This document shows, in pieces, positions 8,848 to 18,521 of a stretch of 64,000 nt of DNA (positions within the stretch are counted from its first letter, which is position 1; the number at the start of each line of letters is the position of its first letter). The DNA lies in the IMG/VR virus record IMGVR_UViG_3300044620_000592, positions 1-64,000 of that record. One strand, 5' to 3'. The DNA is from a virus. The position numbers and the translations under genes were made by a program. The notes beneath the pieces were generated by a model. That model was not told the DNA's origin and did no database searches. It saw only the letters and a list, made by a program, of their open reading frames with translations.

Positions 8848-9600
8848 TTATTCGTCTTTAAATCCGAGAACTTCGCCATCTTTTTCTGCATGTTTACCAA
8901 GAGTATTATAATCATAACCATGCATTTTAGTAAATGTTAATCGGTAGTTATACCAACCTCTAACCCCATCCCAGAATTTAGGTTCTGTTTCGTCAGCTAA
9001 TTGAGCAAGTTGATCTGAATCCAATAAAAAACTTAAAATTCCTAATGGCATGTATACAACGCTGTTATATGATTTATCCTTGTCATTAGCATACTCTGCA
9101 AGAATGTCTTGATATTGTTTGATAACTCTAGCAACACCCTCTCCTGCAAAGTAATCGACTTGACCATGAGCATTTCTAATTCTTGGACAATAATCATCAA
9201 CTGGAGTTACTGTACCAAATGTTCTACACACCATCGGCCTGTATCGGTAGATTGTACAACCACCTTTGTAGAATACGCAATGCCTCTCTGTTTCTCCATC
9301 AACATTCCAATTGGGGTCATGCATAGCTTCTTTAAGAGACTCAATCATTGTTTCCATCCACTCATTGGCTACATCTTCACCTTCAGACTCCATTTTGAAA
9401 TAGAAATCTTGTGTGAGCCTGTAGGCAATGTTTGCACATTCAGCCAATGGGATTCTTAACCCAATACGACAACACAGACCTGAGCCCAAGCATTTATACT
9501 CGGCATTGTTTTGTTTTGACTCAATAATCCGAACCTGATTGTAAATCATATCAAGTTTTGAAAATGTTGTCATATCTTTTGCAGTTACGCTTCTTCTCAT
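8848..9600 (-). CDS. YkgJ/CxxCxxCC-family Fe-S (or Zn) cluster protein
   Basis: CLGSGLCC...CVFY...CTIYRYRPMVCRTF. Confidence 0.75.
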   Translation of the reverse strand: MRRSVTAKDMTTFSKLDMIYNQVRIIESKQNNAEYKCLGSGLCCRIGLRIPLAECANIAYRLTQDFYFKMESEGEDVANEWMETMIESLKEAMHDPNWNVDGETERHCVFYKGGCTIYRYRPMVCRTFGTVTPVDDYCPRIRNAHGQVDYFAGEGVARVIKQYQDILAEYANDKDKSYNSVVYMPLGILSFLLDSDQLAQLADETEPKFWDGVRGWYNYRLTFTKMHGYDYNTLGKHAEKDGEVLGFKDE

Positions 9601-9893
9601 TTTAATTTACCTTTCTTTTTAAGATCATTCTGCTTTCGCATTTCCATCCTCTTTCTCTCAACCATTTTCTGTGCTGGAGACTTGGGAGCTTTTTGCCTAC
9701 CGGCAGATAGATTTCTTCCTTTACCTCTAAATTTTAAGAGATCATATTTTTTGCACCAGTTATAAACTGTCTGCGGACTTGTTTTGATATTGTAATTCTT
9801 TTCAAGAAGTTTAACAATGTCTGTTAAATTCATTCTTTTAGTAACGTAATGCTCGTACAAGAAGGCCTTGTCTTTATATGGCTCAAGTGCCAT
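9597..9893 (-). CDS. HTH DNA-binding protein
   Basis: YKDKAFLYEHY...TSPQTVYNWCKKYDL, basic tail. Confidence 0.65.
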   Translation of the reverse strand: MALEPYKDKAFLYEHYVTKRMNLTDIVKLLEKNYNIKTSPQTVYNWCKKYDLLKFRGKGRNLSAGRQKAPKSPAQKMVERKRMEMRKQNDLKKKGKLK

Positions 9894-10465
9894 TAGTTAC
9901 CACCTGTTTTATAATACCATAAAGCAATGCCCAATGCGTCTACGATATCTTCATCTTCAAGACCGGGAGTGTCGTCACCATAAGCAATAGAAACAATCTC
10001 TCTTACCCTTTGTTTTCTCTCGTTCTTCATTTTAATCTGGATAGAGCCTTTCTGTCCATTCTCTTCTAGAACCTTCCTGTCTTGCTTTGTAAGGTTCTTA
10101 TAGCCAATATTAGGCTTCCAACTCAGGGGGTTGATATCTCGCGTCTTAACGCCATTCTGATACAGAAGACCCCAAGTAAATCCAATCATGTACGAAATTA
10201 TTCTGCTTGACTGAAAGTTCTGGATATAGACGGATTGCTCAATAGCAGCAACATCCGGTTTGTGTTCATTTATTACAGCAATAAGCTCTTCAGCAATAAC
10301 CTTAAACTTATCATAAGGCTCTTTCTGCTTTGACAAAACAATCTTACCTGTCGCTAATACATTCTTTTGATTATCAATAACTGCCCAAGCCAAAGAGTGA
10401 GAAGCTGGGTCTATCGCTATTAACTTATTCCACCCTTGATGGTTGACGATTGATCTTAAACTCAC
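9893..10465 (-). CDS. ruvC: RuvC-like Holliday junction resolvase
   Basis: IAIDPAS, AAIEQ, EDIVDALGIA acidic catalytic residues. Confidence 0.8.
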   Translation of the reverse strand: MSLRSIVNHQGWNKLIAIDPASHSLAWAVIDNQKNVLATGKIVLSKQKEPYDKFKVIAEELIAVINEHKPDVAAIEQSVYIQNFQSSRIISYMIGFTWGLLYQNGVKTRDINPLSWKPNIGYKNLTKQDRKVLEENGQKGSIQIKMKNERKQRVREIVSIAYGDDTPGLEDEDIVDALGIALWYYKTGGN

Positions 10466-10471
10466 TTATAT

Positions 10472-10477
10472 AGTATA
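10472..10477 (-). promoter_or_regulatory. -10 for leaderless ruvC transcript
   Basis: TATACT 6 nt before GTG 10465. Confidence 0.5.
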
Positions 10478-10485
10478 GCGCATAA

Positions 10486-10836
10486 TTAACGCTGTTCTTC
10501 CCTGAGTTTGTTTTCATCCCAACCCCAGCCAACAAGTCTTTGAATATATCTTTCATTCTTACATTGCTCACAGATATCTTCTTCATTATAAGAAGAGAGT
10601 ACCGTATTACAGTTGTCTGTAATACATACTCTCTTTCTTTTTTTATTGTCTTTTTTTCTGTAGTAGTTTTCTAATAGCTTTTTATTTGTAACAACTTTTC
10701 TACACTCTGGAGAGCAGTATATAGTGTTATAAACTTTTGCTATAAACTCTTTTTTGCATTCATCGTTTTGACAAATTCTTGCTTCACTATCAAACATTCC
10801 CTGACCAGCATTTATCAGCCAACGCACAGTCTGCAC
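10486..10836 (-). CDS. Double zinc-finger hypothetical protein
   Basis: CQNDEC...YCSPEC and CITDNC...CEQC. Confidence 0.7.
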   Translation of the reverse strand: MQTVRWLINAGQGMFDSEARICQNDECKKEFIAKVYNTIYCSPECRKVVTNKKLLENYYRKKDNKKRKRVCITDNCNTVLSSYNEEDICEQCKNERYIQRLVGWGWDENKLREEQR

Positions 10837-11509
10837 ATTTTGCAGAACTACGCTTGTATGGCTGAGTAGGGATTTCTCGGTTTAGGAACGCCTCGTAAAT
10901 ACCCTTGTACTTCTTAAATAGTTTATCAATAAAAACATCATCTCTCTCTACAAAAATAGGAAGAATCTCTTGATTATTCTTATTTTCATAAATAACAAGC
11001 CCAGATGGTAAGTCAAGACATCTCATATAGATTTGTGCTTGTCTGAAATGGTCATCTTTGGGCTTATTATGGAGCTTCCTATAATGGAAACCTTCATTGG
11101 AGATTGACTTCAACTCAATCAGTTTATGACCATCAAGGTCAATAATACCGTCAGCAGTTCCTTCAATTGGTGGATCATCATGAGTCACCGGAATTTCTTC
11201 AGCAACAAGAATACCCATCTCTCTCATATAACTATACAATCTTTCATGGACAGCATGACCATTATCAAAGATACGATATGTCTGAGGGCGGAAGATTGTT
11301 GTCATCTCTGTTCCCTCAAATAAGTAATACCAATATCTAGCACATTGGTTTGTATAACTAGGATGGAACCCGCCAACCTTCTTTGTCGCAGGAGCGTTAC
11401 GCTTCTCTAAGAAGTCATCTATAGCCTGTGCAAAGTCAATAACAATATCATCGCCAGTCTTTTGAATAGTAGGCTCTTTAGGTTGTCTAAGGGCATTTAA
11501 AGATTTCAA
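10790..11509 (-). CDS. Cas4-like / PD-(D/E)XK exonuclease
   Basis: HPSYTNQCAR, GHAVHE, GTADG, IELKS, QAQIYM, C-terminal CADC...C; no CRISPR context. Confidence 0.8.
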   Translation of the reverse strand: MKSLNALRQPKEPTIQKTGDDIVIDFAQAIDDFLEKRNAPATKKVGGFHPSYTNQCARYWYYLFEGTEMTTIFRPQTYRIFDNGHAVHERLYSYMREMGILVAEEIPVTHDDPPIEGTADGIIDLDGHKLIELKSISNEGFHYRKLHNKPKDDHFRQAQIYMRCLDLPSGLVIYENKNNQEILPIFVERDDVFIDKLFKKYKGIYEAFLNREIPTQPYKRSSAKCADCALADKCWSGNV

Positions 11510-11824
11510 TTAATTCCCCTTTGATGCAAGTTTAAGAACATTGATATTCTCTGACAATGCCTCATACATTGTCTTCCAAATATCATTCACTAACTTATCC
11601 TGTTCACTCATTAGACTTGACCTTCTCTTAAAGGCCTGTGATTTAATAATCATTTGCGTTCTATAGGCTGCTAATAGATTAGCATACTTAATAGCTTGTC
11701 CACCGATATAATGATTAGGGTTGTCAATTATATCTTGCACAATCCTCATGCAATCAATAAACTCTTTTGACCTATCGCCCATGTTATCGGCAATAAAGTT
11801 AATATCTACAATAATGTCAGTCAT
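11510..11824 (-). CDS. Hypothetical helical protein
   Basis: 104-aa ORF coupled to neighbours. Confidence 0.7.
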   Translation of the reverse strand: MTDIIVDINFIADNMGDRSKEFIDCMRIVQDIIDNPNHYIGGQAIKYANLLAAYRTQMIIKSQAFKRRSSLMSEQDKLVNDIWKTMYEALSENINVLKLASKGN

Positions 11825-12599
11825 TTTTCTTCTTTCTTGATGTTTTTACCGACTCAGCCCATTTCATAGCCCAAGCATGGCAGTTACCACATGAGATAGC
11901 TTTCTCATGAGTAGTACCACAAAGGTAAATATTTTTCCAACCAGCAGCCCTCCCTGTGAAAGACCACGCCATTGAATCTGATGAGACAAGTTTATCACCA
12001 AATAGTGTCAACCCGTCTTTCTTTAATCCAAAACCATGCATTCTTATTCCATAGTTATGCAGTTCATTAACTAATTCGTTAACTCCCTGAACATTTGCCC
12101 TACGGCAGAACGAACCCATCCCAACGGTATCGTACTTGCGTAAATCAACTCCATAATCAGAATACATATCTAAGTGCTTTAAGTAATCAGATGGATCCCA
12201 TCCTTGCAATACAGGAATAATTGGCAAATCAGGGCCAAGTTCTTGCAATCTTAAAAAGTTCTCACATGATAATTTCTGATGTTCATCAACACTCTTGCCA
12301 GTTTTAACAATCATATGAGGCTCGCACATCCAATCCTGCGGTGAAGCCCAGTCCATCATTCCTACCTCTTCACGAAGTCGGTATAATTCTTCAATGTATT
12401 GCTCAGGAGTAGTAACCCATTTATCATAAAGAGATAGTTCAGTAAAACCTCCACTATCGCAAGCCCATCTTGCTAAGGATTTTTTATACTTTTTATATTT
12501 GCGAAAACGGCGAATTGATATGAATAGAGGCGTTGTATTCTCTCTGCCCCATAACCATGATGGGTTGTGACTCCCAACATAAAACTGAAAGTCTTCCAT
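11817..12599 (-). CDS. TGT-fold / DpdA-like base-exchange protein
   Basis: CDSGGF, PQDWMCEP, PVLQGW, GMGS, HGFG, SSDSMAW match the catalytic layout of tRNA-guanine transglycosylase/DpdA; start MEDFQF coupled (TAATG) to dcm. Confidence 0.7.
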   Translation of the reverse strand: MEDFQFYVGSHNPSWLWGRENTTPLFISIRRFRKYKKYKKSLARWACDSGGFTELSLYDKWVTTPEQYIEELYRLREEVGMMDWASPQDWMCEPHMIVKTGKSVDEHQKLSCENFLRLQELGPDLPIIPVLQGWDPSDYLKHLDMYSDYGVDLRKYDTVGMGSFCRRANVQGVNELVNELHNYGIRMHGFGLKKDGLTLFGDKLVSSDSMAWSFTGRAAGWKNIYLCGTTHEKAISCGNCHAWAMKWAESVKTSRKKKND

Positions 12600-13978
12600 T
12601 AAGCGCTTTCTATTAGTTTCTTTAGCTCTATACCAATCCACTCGGCTACTGGTGATGCAATTGCATTTCCACACATCTTGTAACGATTAGTATCGGCAAT
12701 CTTCTTACCGGTATAATCAATTGCTGTATGGTCATCAGGAAATCCCATCAATCTTTCACATTCAACAGGTGTCAATCTTCTTAAAATTAATTCAGGTGTC
12801 ATAACTCCATGCTGAGAGATTGTATCCAATGTATAAGATGGATCTCCCTCATCTCCAAAGCCTTTACCTTGTGGACCGGAAGTATCTGCACGACCAATAA
12901 TTGTCCCTTGAATTGGGATTGCAATATGATCTCCTGAGTCAATACCTGTGCGGATTGTGCGATAAATATCTTCGCTAACTTTATTATTATAACCATCATA
13001 GGCTAGAACAGGAACTTGTCCACCACCAGTACCCATGCGATGCTTTAATGTTGGAACCATATCGTCATCATAAACACGAACATCATTAACTCTTGTGCCA
13101 TCAACAACAAGAACCGTTGCTCTTGCCTCTCCGGTATTATCAAAAGCATTCAATGTTGGAGCTACTGCATTATCAATCCATGATTCATCATCAGTAGGGT
13201 TTTGTGCTCTTCTAGACTTTACAAATGGCTCAAGTACAAAGTTTCTCTCAGGGCGCTTGTAGTCACTAGCAGCAAGAGTTACTCCTCCTTCTGTCCACTT
13301 TGCGTGTCCAGATTGTCCGTACCAGATAGTTTCTGTAGTGCTACTCTCAGCAGTTCTGGCAGACTGTTTCCTTTTCTTTCTGCCCTTCTTAATATCCCCC
13401 CTGCTGTCTTCGGGGACAGGTAATATTTTTCCGCTACTTCGCTCAAGGGCTGAAGAGTCCCAGCAAGCGATGACAAAGATTCTTCTTCTGCGTTGTGCGA
13501 CTCCGAACCATTGTGCATCCAAGATGTGCCATTCAATTCCCAATGCCCCGATGTCAGCCATTTGGTTGAGGACTTCTGCGAAGTCTTCTCCTTTATTACT
13601 TGTGAGGGCGCCGGGTACATTCTCCCAGATTGCCCATTTAGGAAATTCTCCATTAGTTGCTTCTCTCATTTCTTTAATTATTCTTATACCTTCAAAGTAT
13701 AAGCCTGAACGGTCTCCATCAAGACCTGAACGCTTACCTGCTACAGATAAGTCCTGACATGGTGAGCCAAATGATATTAAATCAACTGGCGGTAACTCTG
13801 CACCATTTACATCTCTTACATCTTCAAATTTTGGAACATTAGGCCAATGCCTTTTAAGAACGCTTTGGCAATTCTTATCCCATTCAACTTGAAATGAACA
13901 TTCCCAACCTGCGGAATCAAATCCCAAGTCAAAACCACCTACTCCTGCGAATAGACTTCCGTAAGTTAATTGTTTCAT
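12599..13978 (-). CDS. dcm: C5-cytosine DNA methyltransferase
   Basis: Motifs I FAGVGG, IV GSPCQD, VI ENV, VIII QRRRR, IX RRLTPVECERLMGFP, X GNA. Confidence 0.93.
   Translation of the reverse strand: MKQLTYGSLFAGVGGFDLGFDSAGWECSFQVEWDKNCQSVLKRHWPNVPKFEDVRDVNGAELPPVDLISFGSPCQDLSVAGKRSGLDGDRSGLYFEGIRIIKEMREATNGEFPKWAIWENVPGALTSNKGEDFAEVLNQMADIGALGIEWHILDAQWFGVAQRRRRIFVIACWDSSALERSSGKILPVPEDSRGDIKKGRKKRKQSARTAESSTTETIWYGQSGHAKWTEGGVTLAASDYKRPERNFVLEPFVKSRRAQNPTDDESWIDNAVAPTLNAFDNTGEARATVLVVDGTRVNDVRVYDDDMVPTLKHRMGTGGGQVPVLAYDGYNNKVSEDIYRTIRTGIDSGDHIAIPIQGTIIGRADTSGPQGKGFGDEGDPSYTLDTISQHGVMTPELILRRLTPVECERLMGFPDDHTAIDYTGKKIADTNRYKMCGNAIASPVAEWIGIELKKLIESA
13279..13653 (-). CDS. Nested alternative-frame ORF within dcm (methyltransferase beta-like polypeptide)
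   Basis: +1 frame relative to dcm; contains EKYYLSPKTAGGILRRAERKGNSLPELLRVAL, a motif recalled from MTase-associated polypeptides. Confidence 0.55.
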   Translation of the reverse strand: MENFLNGQSGRMYPAPSQVIKEKTSQKSSTKWLTSGHWELNGTSWMHNGSESHNAEEESLSSLAGTLQPLSEVAEKYYLSPKTAGGILRRAERKGNSLPELLRVALQKLSGTDNLDTQSGQKEE

Positions 13979-13980
13979 TG

Positions 13981-14376
13981 CTACTTTCCTTTGAAGATAA
14001 TAAGAGCGGATGGGAACGGCGCAGAGTTCTTCTGGTCGTCAAATTTAAGCCTACCCTTGATAAAACGAATTTCATCAGCGTTCATGACAAAGTTATGCCA
14101 CCACCGAGTATCTGTACGGCTAGGAATCAAGAATACAGAGGTCTTTCCTTTGCTCTGTTCGTCAACGGCTTTTTCTAACCACTTGGCAATAATGTTGCCA
14201 TAAGGAGGGTTAACAAAATTACAGTTACCCCATTCAATTTCCAAACCGTCAAACTGAGGGTTAGGAGGGCAAGGATCAAAGTCAAAGTTAAATTCCTCAT
14301 TGAGTTTTTCATAAAATGCCTTTGGTGTTTTCCAGTTATCTCTAGCAGCAGTAAAATGGACTTTGTGCTTATTCAT
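13981..14376 (-). CDS. dam: Phage N6-adenine DNA methyltransferase
   Basis: WKTP, DFDPC, FVNPPY, LIPSRTDTRWW, FIKGRLKF. Confidence 0.88.
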   Translation of the reverse strand: MNKHKVHFTAARDNWKTPKAFYEKLNEEFNFDFDPCPPNPQFDGLEIEWGNCNFVNPPYGNIIAKWLEKAVDEQSKGKTSVFLIPSRTDTRWWHNFVMNADEIRFIKGRLKFDDQKNSAPFPSALIIFKGK

Positions 14377-14668
14377 ATTCTGAATCCTTAATTAGTTCTT
14401 TGAACACTTCCCACTCGATGATAGCAACCTTCACATCGGAATCCTCCCCAAGAACGACAGAAATGCAAGGATATTTATGATTTGCTTTCCATGCGTCTTT
14501 ACGCATCTTAAGCCATCCTAGACGAGTAAGGGTGAATGAAGACCCATTGTGCTTGTAATCTAAAAGAAAATTATGAAACTCAGCATCGCCTTTCTTCAAA
14601 CCCCTTCCGGAATTCTTGACAGCCTTTGCTTTGTCTTTCTTAATCTCTTCTTTTTCAGTTCTTTTCAA
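14369..14668 (-). CDS. PD-(D/E)XK Holliday junction resolvase-like nuclease
   Basis: NSGRG..KGDA...LLDYK. Confidence 0.6.
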   Translation of the reverse strand: MKRTEKEEIKKDKAKAVKNSGRGLKKGDAEFHNFLLDYKHNGSSFTLTRLGWLKMRKDAWKANHKYPCISVVLGEDSDVKVAIIEWEVFKELIKDSEYE

Positions 14669-14671
14669 CTG

Positions 14672-14794
14672 CTACTCCCAGAAGTATTCGTTGTCCTCTG
14701 CTCTGGCAATTGTATCAAGAATGACATATAGAGCAACTACGCCAATTCCTGTCAGGGTAGCAAACCCAGCTAATATCTTAATTAAAAGTTTCAT
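14672..14794 (-). CDS. Small membrane protein (40 aa, not in ORF track)
   Basis: MKLLIKILAGFATLTGIGVVALYVILDTIARAEDNEYFWE; ATGA overlap with the recA stop. Confidence 0.6.
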   Translation of the reverse strand: MKLLIKILAGFATLTGIGVVALYVILDTIARAEDNEYFWE

Positions 14795-15705
14795 CCCAAT
14801 ATTTTAGCATTAATATCTTCGATTTGCTCATCTGTAAGTTCGATCTTAGCCATACCGTTCCACTTCTCTTCTTGATAGAAGAACCAAGCGCCTCTGCGCT
14901 CAATGATGCCCATCTCAATAGCGATATCAAGCATTTCACGATACTTATCAATAGATGCTTCCTGAGGAAGAACATAGTATTCACCCTTAGTTCCGATACT
15001 GGCCATCTGCTTTGTTTTTTCAATTGTCCAAGCAACCTTCTGAGAAGTAATCATGCTTCTGTCGTCTCTCTCCATCTCTTTGGATGATTGAGATAAGAAC
15101 AACTTAACAATGTTATGCATATTATGGAATACAGAGTTGCCAATCTTAGCCTTTGTAACTGCATACATACCGCTCAAATCCATAGTCTGGTGAGCAATAA
15201 AAATCATAATGTTTCTCTCTTTATGGAGATAGTTCACCAATTGCTGAAGAAGAGCACCTTGTGAGCGAGCAAGCAAGCCAATCGCTTTACTTCCTTCAGG
15301 CTTGTCGTATGCTTCTTGTCTAATAATATTAGAAAGAGAGTCAAAGAGAAAGATATGCTTCTCTTCTGGGTGGTTGAGATACGGATGAAGATGCTTTAAG
15401 ATATCTTCAACAACTGTTGATTGGATTACAACAATGTCATCAACATTGATACCGCATTTAGCAGCATACTCTTCATTGAATGAATACTCTGAATCAACAA
15501 TGACCGGTCTAAACCCCTTAGCCTGAGCTTCTGCGAGGATTCTAAAACAGATAGTTGACTTACCAACAGATGGGTTTCCCCAAAACAAGTGAGTAGCACC
15601 TGTGTTCAATCCTCCACCTAATGCACGATTTAATCCTACACTTGGAGTTTCAATAACCTCATGAACAGGCATGAGGTCGCCTTTGCGCTTATCTACAATT
15701 AACAT
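14791..15705 (-). CDS. recA: RecA/UvsX-like recombinase
   Basis: TPSVGLNRALGGG, Walker A GNPSVGKST, VDSE, FLFDSL, C-terminal GAWF. Confidence 0.88.
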   Translation of the reverse strand: MLIVDKRKGDLMPVHEVIETPSVGLNRALGGGLNTGATHLFWGNPSVGKSTICFRILAEAQAKGFRPVIVDSEYSFNEEYAAKCGINVDDIVVIQSTVVEDILKHLHPYLNHPEEKHIFLFDSLSNIIRQEAYDKPEGSKAIGLLARSQGALLQQLVNYLHKERNIMIFIAHQTMDLSGMYAVTKAKIGNSVFHNMHNIVKLFLSQSSKEMERDDRSMITSQKVAWTIEKTKQMASIGTKGEYYVLPQEASIDKYREMLDIAIEMGIIERRGAWFFYQEEKWNGMAKIELTDEQIEDINAKILG

Positions 15706-15752
15706 TTAATCTTCTTTCTACTATAGATTTATGTAATAATAACACATGGGAA

Positions 15753-16787
15753 CTACAGAGTTCCCATCCAGTTATAAACTTTTTCCGCATCGTATGCGAA
15801 ATCAACATTATTTTTAAATGCTTCATATGCCTTAATTGACATGTTATTTAATAGCTCTTCATCAGATAGAACTTTTTTAACTTTATGAGCAGCATCTTCA
15901 ATTGAAATGCCATCAAGATTGATACTACTTTCATCATTAAATAATTCTTGAGCCAGCTGATTATCATATAAAGATCTTCTAATAATTGTTGGTCTACCGC
16001 ATGCATAAGCATTATAGATTATATGACCATAACCATCTCCATGATCTTTAACATGAAAAACTAAATCATCATTACTCATTGAGTCTGCTAAATCATGAAC
16101 TCCTGTCATATTTCCATCACGACATTGACCACCATAACTTCTGAATGTAAAATCAGTTAAATATGATTCTAATTTTATAAAATCATTCCATCCAAAATGC
16201 ATCTCTTGCAGTAAATTAATATAGCTGCTTACTGTTTTAGAACTTGTATGCTTTTTTGGTTTAAAAATATTAGTATCAAATTCTTGATGATAATAAACAA
16301 CATTAGCATCTTGAAGACTATCCGGCTTTACAGAGCCCAAAACATTCAGACCTCTAAAGATATTAGGATTCCAATTATTGCCAATTTGGACAATTAATTT
16401 AGCCTTTGGCTGGAACTCTTGTATTAATCTCTGGAATAGGCCAATGTGCTGTGGTATTGAAGCAATTATATAATCAAACTGCATATTCTTAAATGCCTCT
16501 AATGTTATTGCATTATGTGTTGTGATATTTCCAGGGTCATATACGCTATATACACCATCTGAATACTCTTTAACAATGTTAAGAGGAGGAGTGTTATCTG
16601 CTAATACTTGAGTTTCAACATCCAGAAATTGTTTAGCAGTATCTAATTGGTCATTGATAGCCCAATACCCCTCATAGAACCATTCAAGCCCTATTGGTCT
16701 ATAGACATTCATTCCCAGCCTCTCCTCAAATAGCATTACAAATGAACGCAAAAGAGAGTTATGATGAAAATCAGTTAAGATATTCAT
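15753..16787 (-). CDS. GT-B-fold glycosyltransferase-like protein
   Basis: C-terminal DGYGHIIYNAYACGRPTI resembles the GT4 nucleotide-sugar motif. Confidence 0.65.
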   Translation of the reverse strand: MNILTDFHHNSLLRSFVMLFEERLGMNVYRPIGLEWFYEGYWAINDQLDTAKQFLDVETQVLADNTPPLNIVKEYSDGVYSVYDPGNITTHNAITLEAFKNMQFDYIIASIPQHIGLFQRLIQEFQPKAKLIVQIGNNWNPNIFRGLNVLGSVKPDSLQDANVVYYHQEFDTNIFKPKKHTSSKTVSSYINLLQEMHFGWNDFIKLESYLTDFTFRSYGGQCRDGNMTGVHDLADSMSNDDLVFHVKDHGDGYGHIIYNAYACGRPTIIRRSLYDNQLAQELFNDESSINLDGISIEDAAHKVKKVLSDEELLNNMSIKAYEAFKNNVDFAYDAEKVYNWMGTL

Positions 16788-17533
16788 TGTTTTTCAAAAT
16801 ATGCTAAACCAATTGTTTCATAATTTTGCACATCTGCAAAAAGATTGCTTGTTACATCTTTAAACTGACTGCCAATAAGTGTATTAAATTCTTTGTACAT
16901 TTCTTTGGTTGTTGGCAAAGCATGAAGTTCTGCAACAATCCTGTCAATCTTCTCCAATGTCTCAGGTGATGCTCCCTTAAAAGCACTCCACTCAGCACCT
17001 TCGCAATCAATCTTAAGAATATTTACATTCTCAATAGCCTCAAGAGCATCATTTAAACTAATTGTGCTTACCTTAATTTCGCGGCCTTCTGTCCAAAGAT
17101 CCTTTTGCCATTCTGAAGAGTCAATAGTATTCCCAATAAAGCGATGATGAGAACCTGAATCTGTATTTTCATTGCCATATCTTAATACAACTTCTTTACC
17201 AGATACTTCATTAATAGCCTTGTGATGGAGAGTAAAATTATTTTCCCATCCATTAGCTTTAACATTCTTCATGATAAGTTCAGCGTTCTCCGGTAATGGC
17301 TCAACTGCAATTACTTTAAATCCACGACTAAGCATTGCGAGTGAGCAACCTCCAGCATGTGCGCCAATGTCTACTGCTGTAGAATTTCCCGCGTCAACCT
17401 GTAAGTCGCCAATCTTATATTCATCCTCGGCAATGCAGGAGTACAAAGTATTCCAGTCATTAGTACCTTCTCTTGTAAAGATGGTTACTTCTACACCCCA
17501 AGGTGTTTTAATTTTGTCTTCTTTATATTGCAT
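16784..17533 (-). CDS. FkbM-family SAM-dependent methyltransferase
   Basis: VDIGAHAG, AVEP, LKIDCEGAE, ELH. Confidence 0.85.
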   Translation of the reverse strand: MQYKEDKIKTPWGVEVTIFTREGTNDWNTLYSCIAEDEYKIGDLQVDAGNSTAVDIGAHAGGCSLAMLSRGFKVIAVEPLPENAELIMKNVKANGWENNFTLHHKAINEVSGKEVVLRYGNENTDSGSHHRFIGNTIDSSEWQKDLWTEGREIKVSTISLNDALEAIENVNILKIDCEGAEWSAFKGASPETLEKIDRIVAELHALPTTKEMYKEFNTLIGSQFKDVTSNLFADVQNYETIGLAYFEKQ

Positions 17534-18521
17534 TTAAAAATTCCTCCCATTGTTTAATTATTTTCTTTTTACCAAATACATCAATAGCGTAAGCTCTTTG
17601 CTTTTCACTAATTTCTTTTGCATATGCATCGTTGTCAAGCAACTCTTGTGTTTGTGAAATCATTTCTTCAACGCTTCCACAAACAATTCCACCAAGACTC
17701 CTAAGAATCTCCTCAACCTCATAGAAGTCAAAGTTATAAATTATATTAGCCATTTGATTATTAATAGCAACAATTGGCAATCCCATCATTAAAGCTTCAA
17801 TAAATGAAAGAGTGTATGAAGCAGGAGCAGTTCCACCATATGGCATAACCCTTGCCTCTTGCATTCTCTTTATTTGTGCTTCATACGGAATTGCACCACC
17901 ATTGTAATGACCTAAATCATCATTACCAGGGCCATACACAGTTCCATCAAATTTCTCTATTACAGCCATTACTTCATCGTAATGACAATGGCTTCTTCGC
18001 CCCTTCAAGGACTGGGCAAAGTTAACAACATTACGACCATCCCCAGTCCATCCGAATAATTCATCTTCGTCTTTATAGAAACGAATAAGAACATCTTCTC
18101 CGATGTAATTAGATAACCTTCTTTCATTTGGAGAATATCTAATAATCTTTAATCCCTCATCACGCATTGGCTTTAAAGTTGCCTCAACGCCTTCGGTTGA
18201 CTGACCGATTGTTCTCCAGATAACTTTCTTATGCTTAATCCTATCCCAGTTATGAACAATAACATCAGGAGAATGCATAACTATAAGAACATCAAATGGT
18301 TCAATCAATTCATTAGGCAAGTTAGTTTTAGGAAAATTAGTCGCAAAAGGAACATATTCTTCATAATACTTAGCACCCTTAATTCCGGGTCTTGGGTGTG
18401 TTATATGCCCCGCAGGATCGATATACGCACCATTAGAGAATACTTCATGCCCTAAGTCTGTCAGTAGCTGTACTTCATCATATTCCAGAATAGAATGGCA
18501 GCTTAAATAATGTATTTTCAT
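17523..18521 (-). CDS. GT-B-fold glycosyltransferase
   Basis: SYTLSFIEALMMGLPIV. Confidence 0.7.
   Translation of the reverse strand: MKIHYLSCHSILEYDEVQLLTDLGHEVFSNGAYIDPAGHITHPRPGIKGAKYYEEYVPFATNFPKTNLPNELIEPFDVLIVMHSPDVIVHNWDRIKHKKVIWRTIGQSTEGVEATLKPMRDEGLKIIRYSPNERRLSNYIGEDVLIRFYKDEDELFGWTGDGRNVVNFAQSLKGRRSHCHYDEVMAVIEKFDGTVYGPGNDDLGHYNGGAIPYEAQIKRMQEARVMPYGGTAPASYTLSFIEALMMGLPIVAINNQMANIIYNFDFYEVEEILRSLGGIVCGSVEEMISQTQELLDNDAYAKEISEKQRAYAIDVFGKKKIIKQWEEFLNAI

Noticed and set aside
10790-11509. Cas4-like gene as evidence of a CRISPR-Cas system
   Set aside because: No repeat-spacer array or other cas genes; solo Cas4-like nucleases are common in phage recombination modules
12799-12999. 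Second nested ORF in dcm and other short same-strand nested ORFs (e.g. 22115..22429, 55327..55689)
   Set aside because: No protein-like motifs; expected by chance from the codon bias of the host frame
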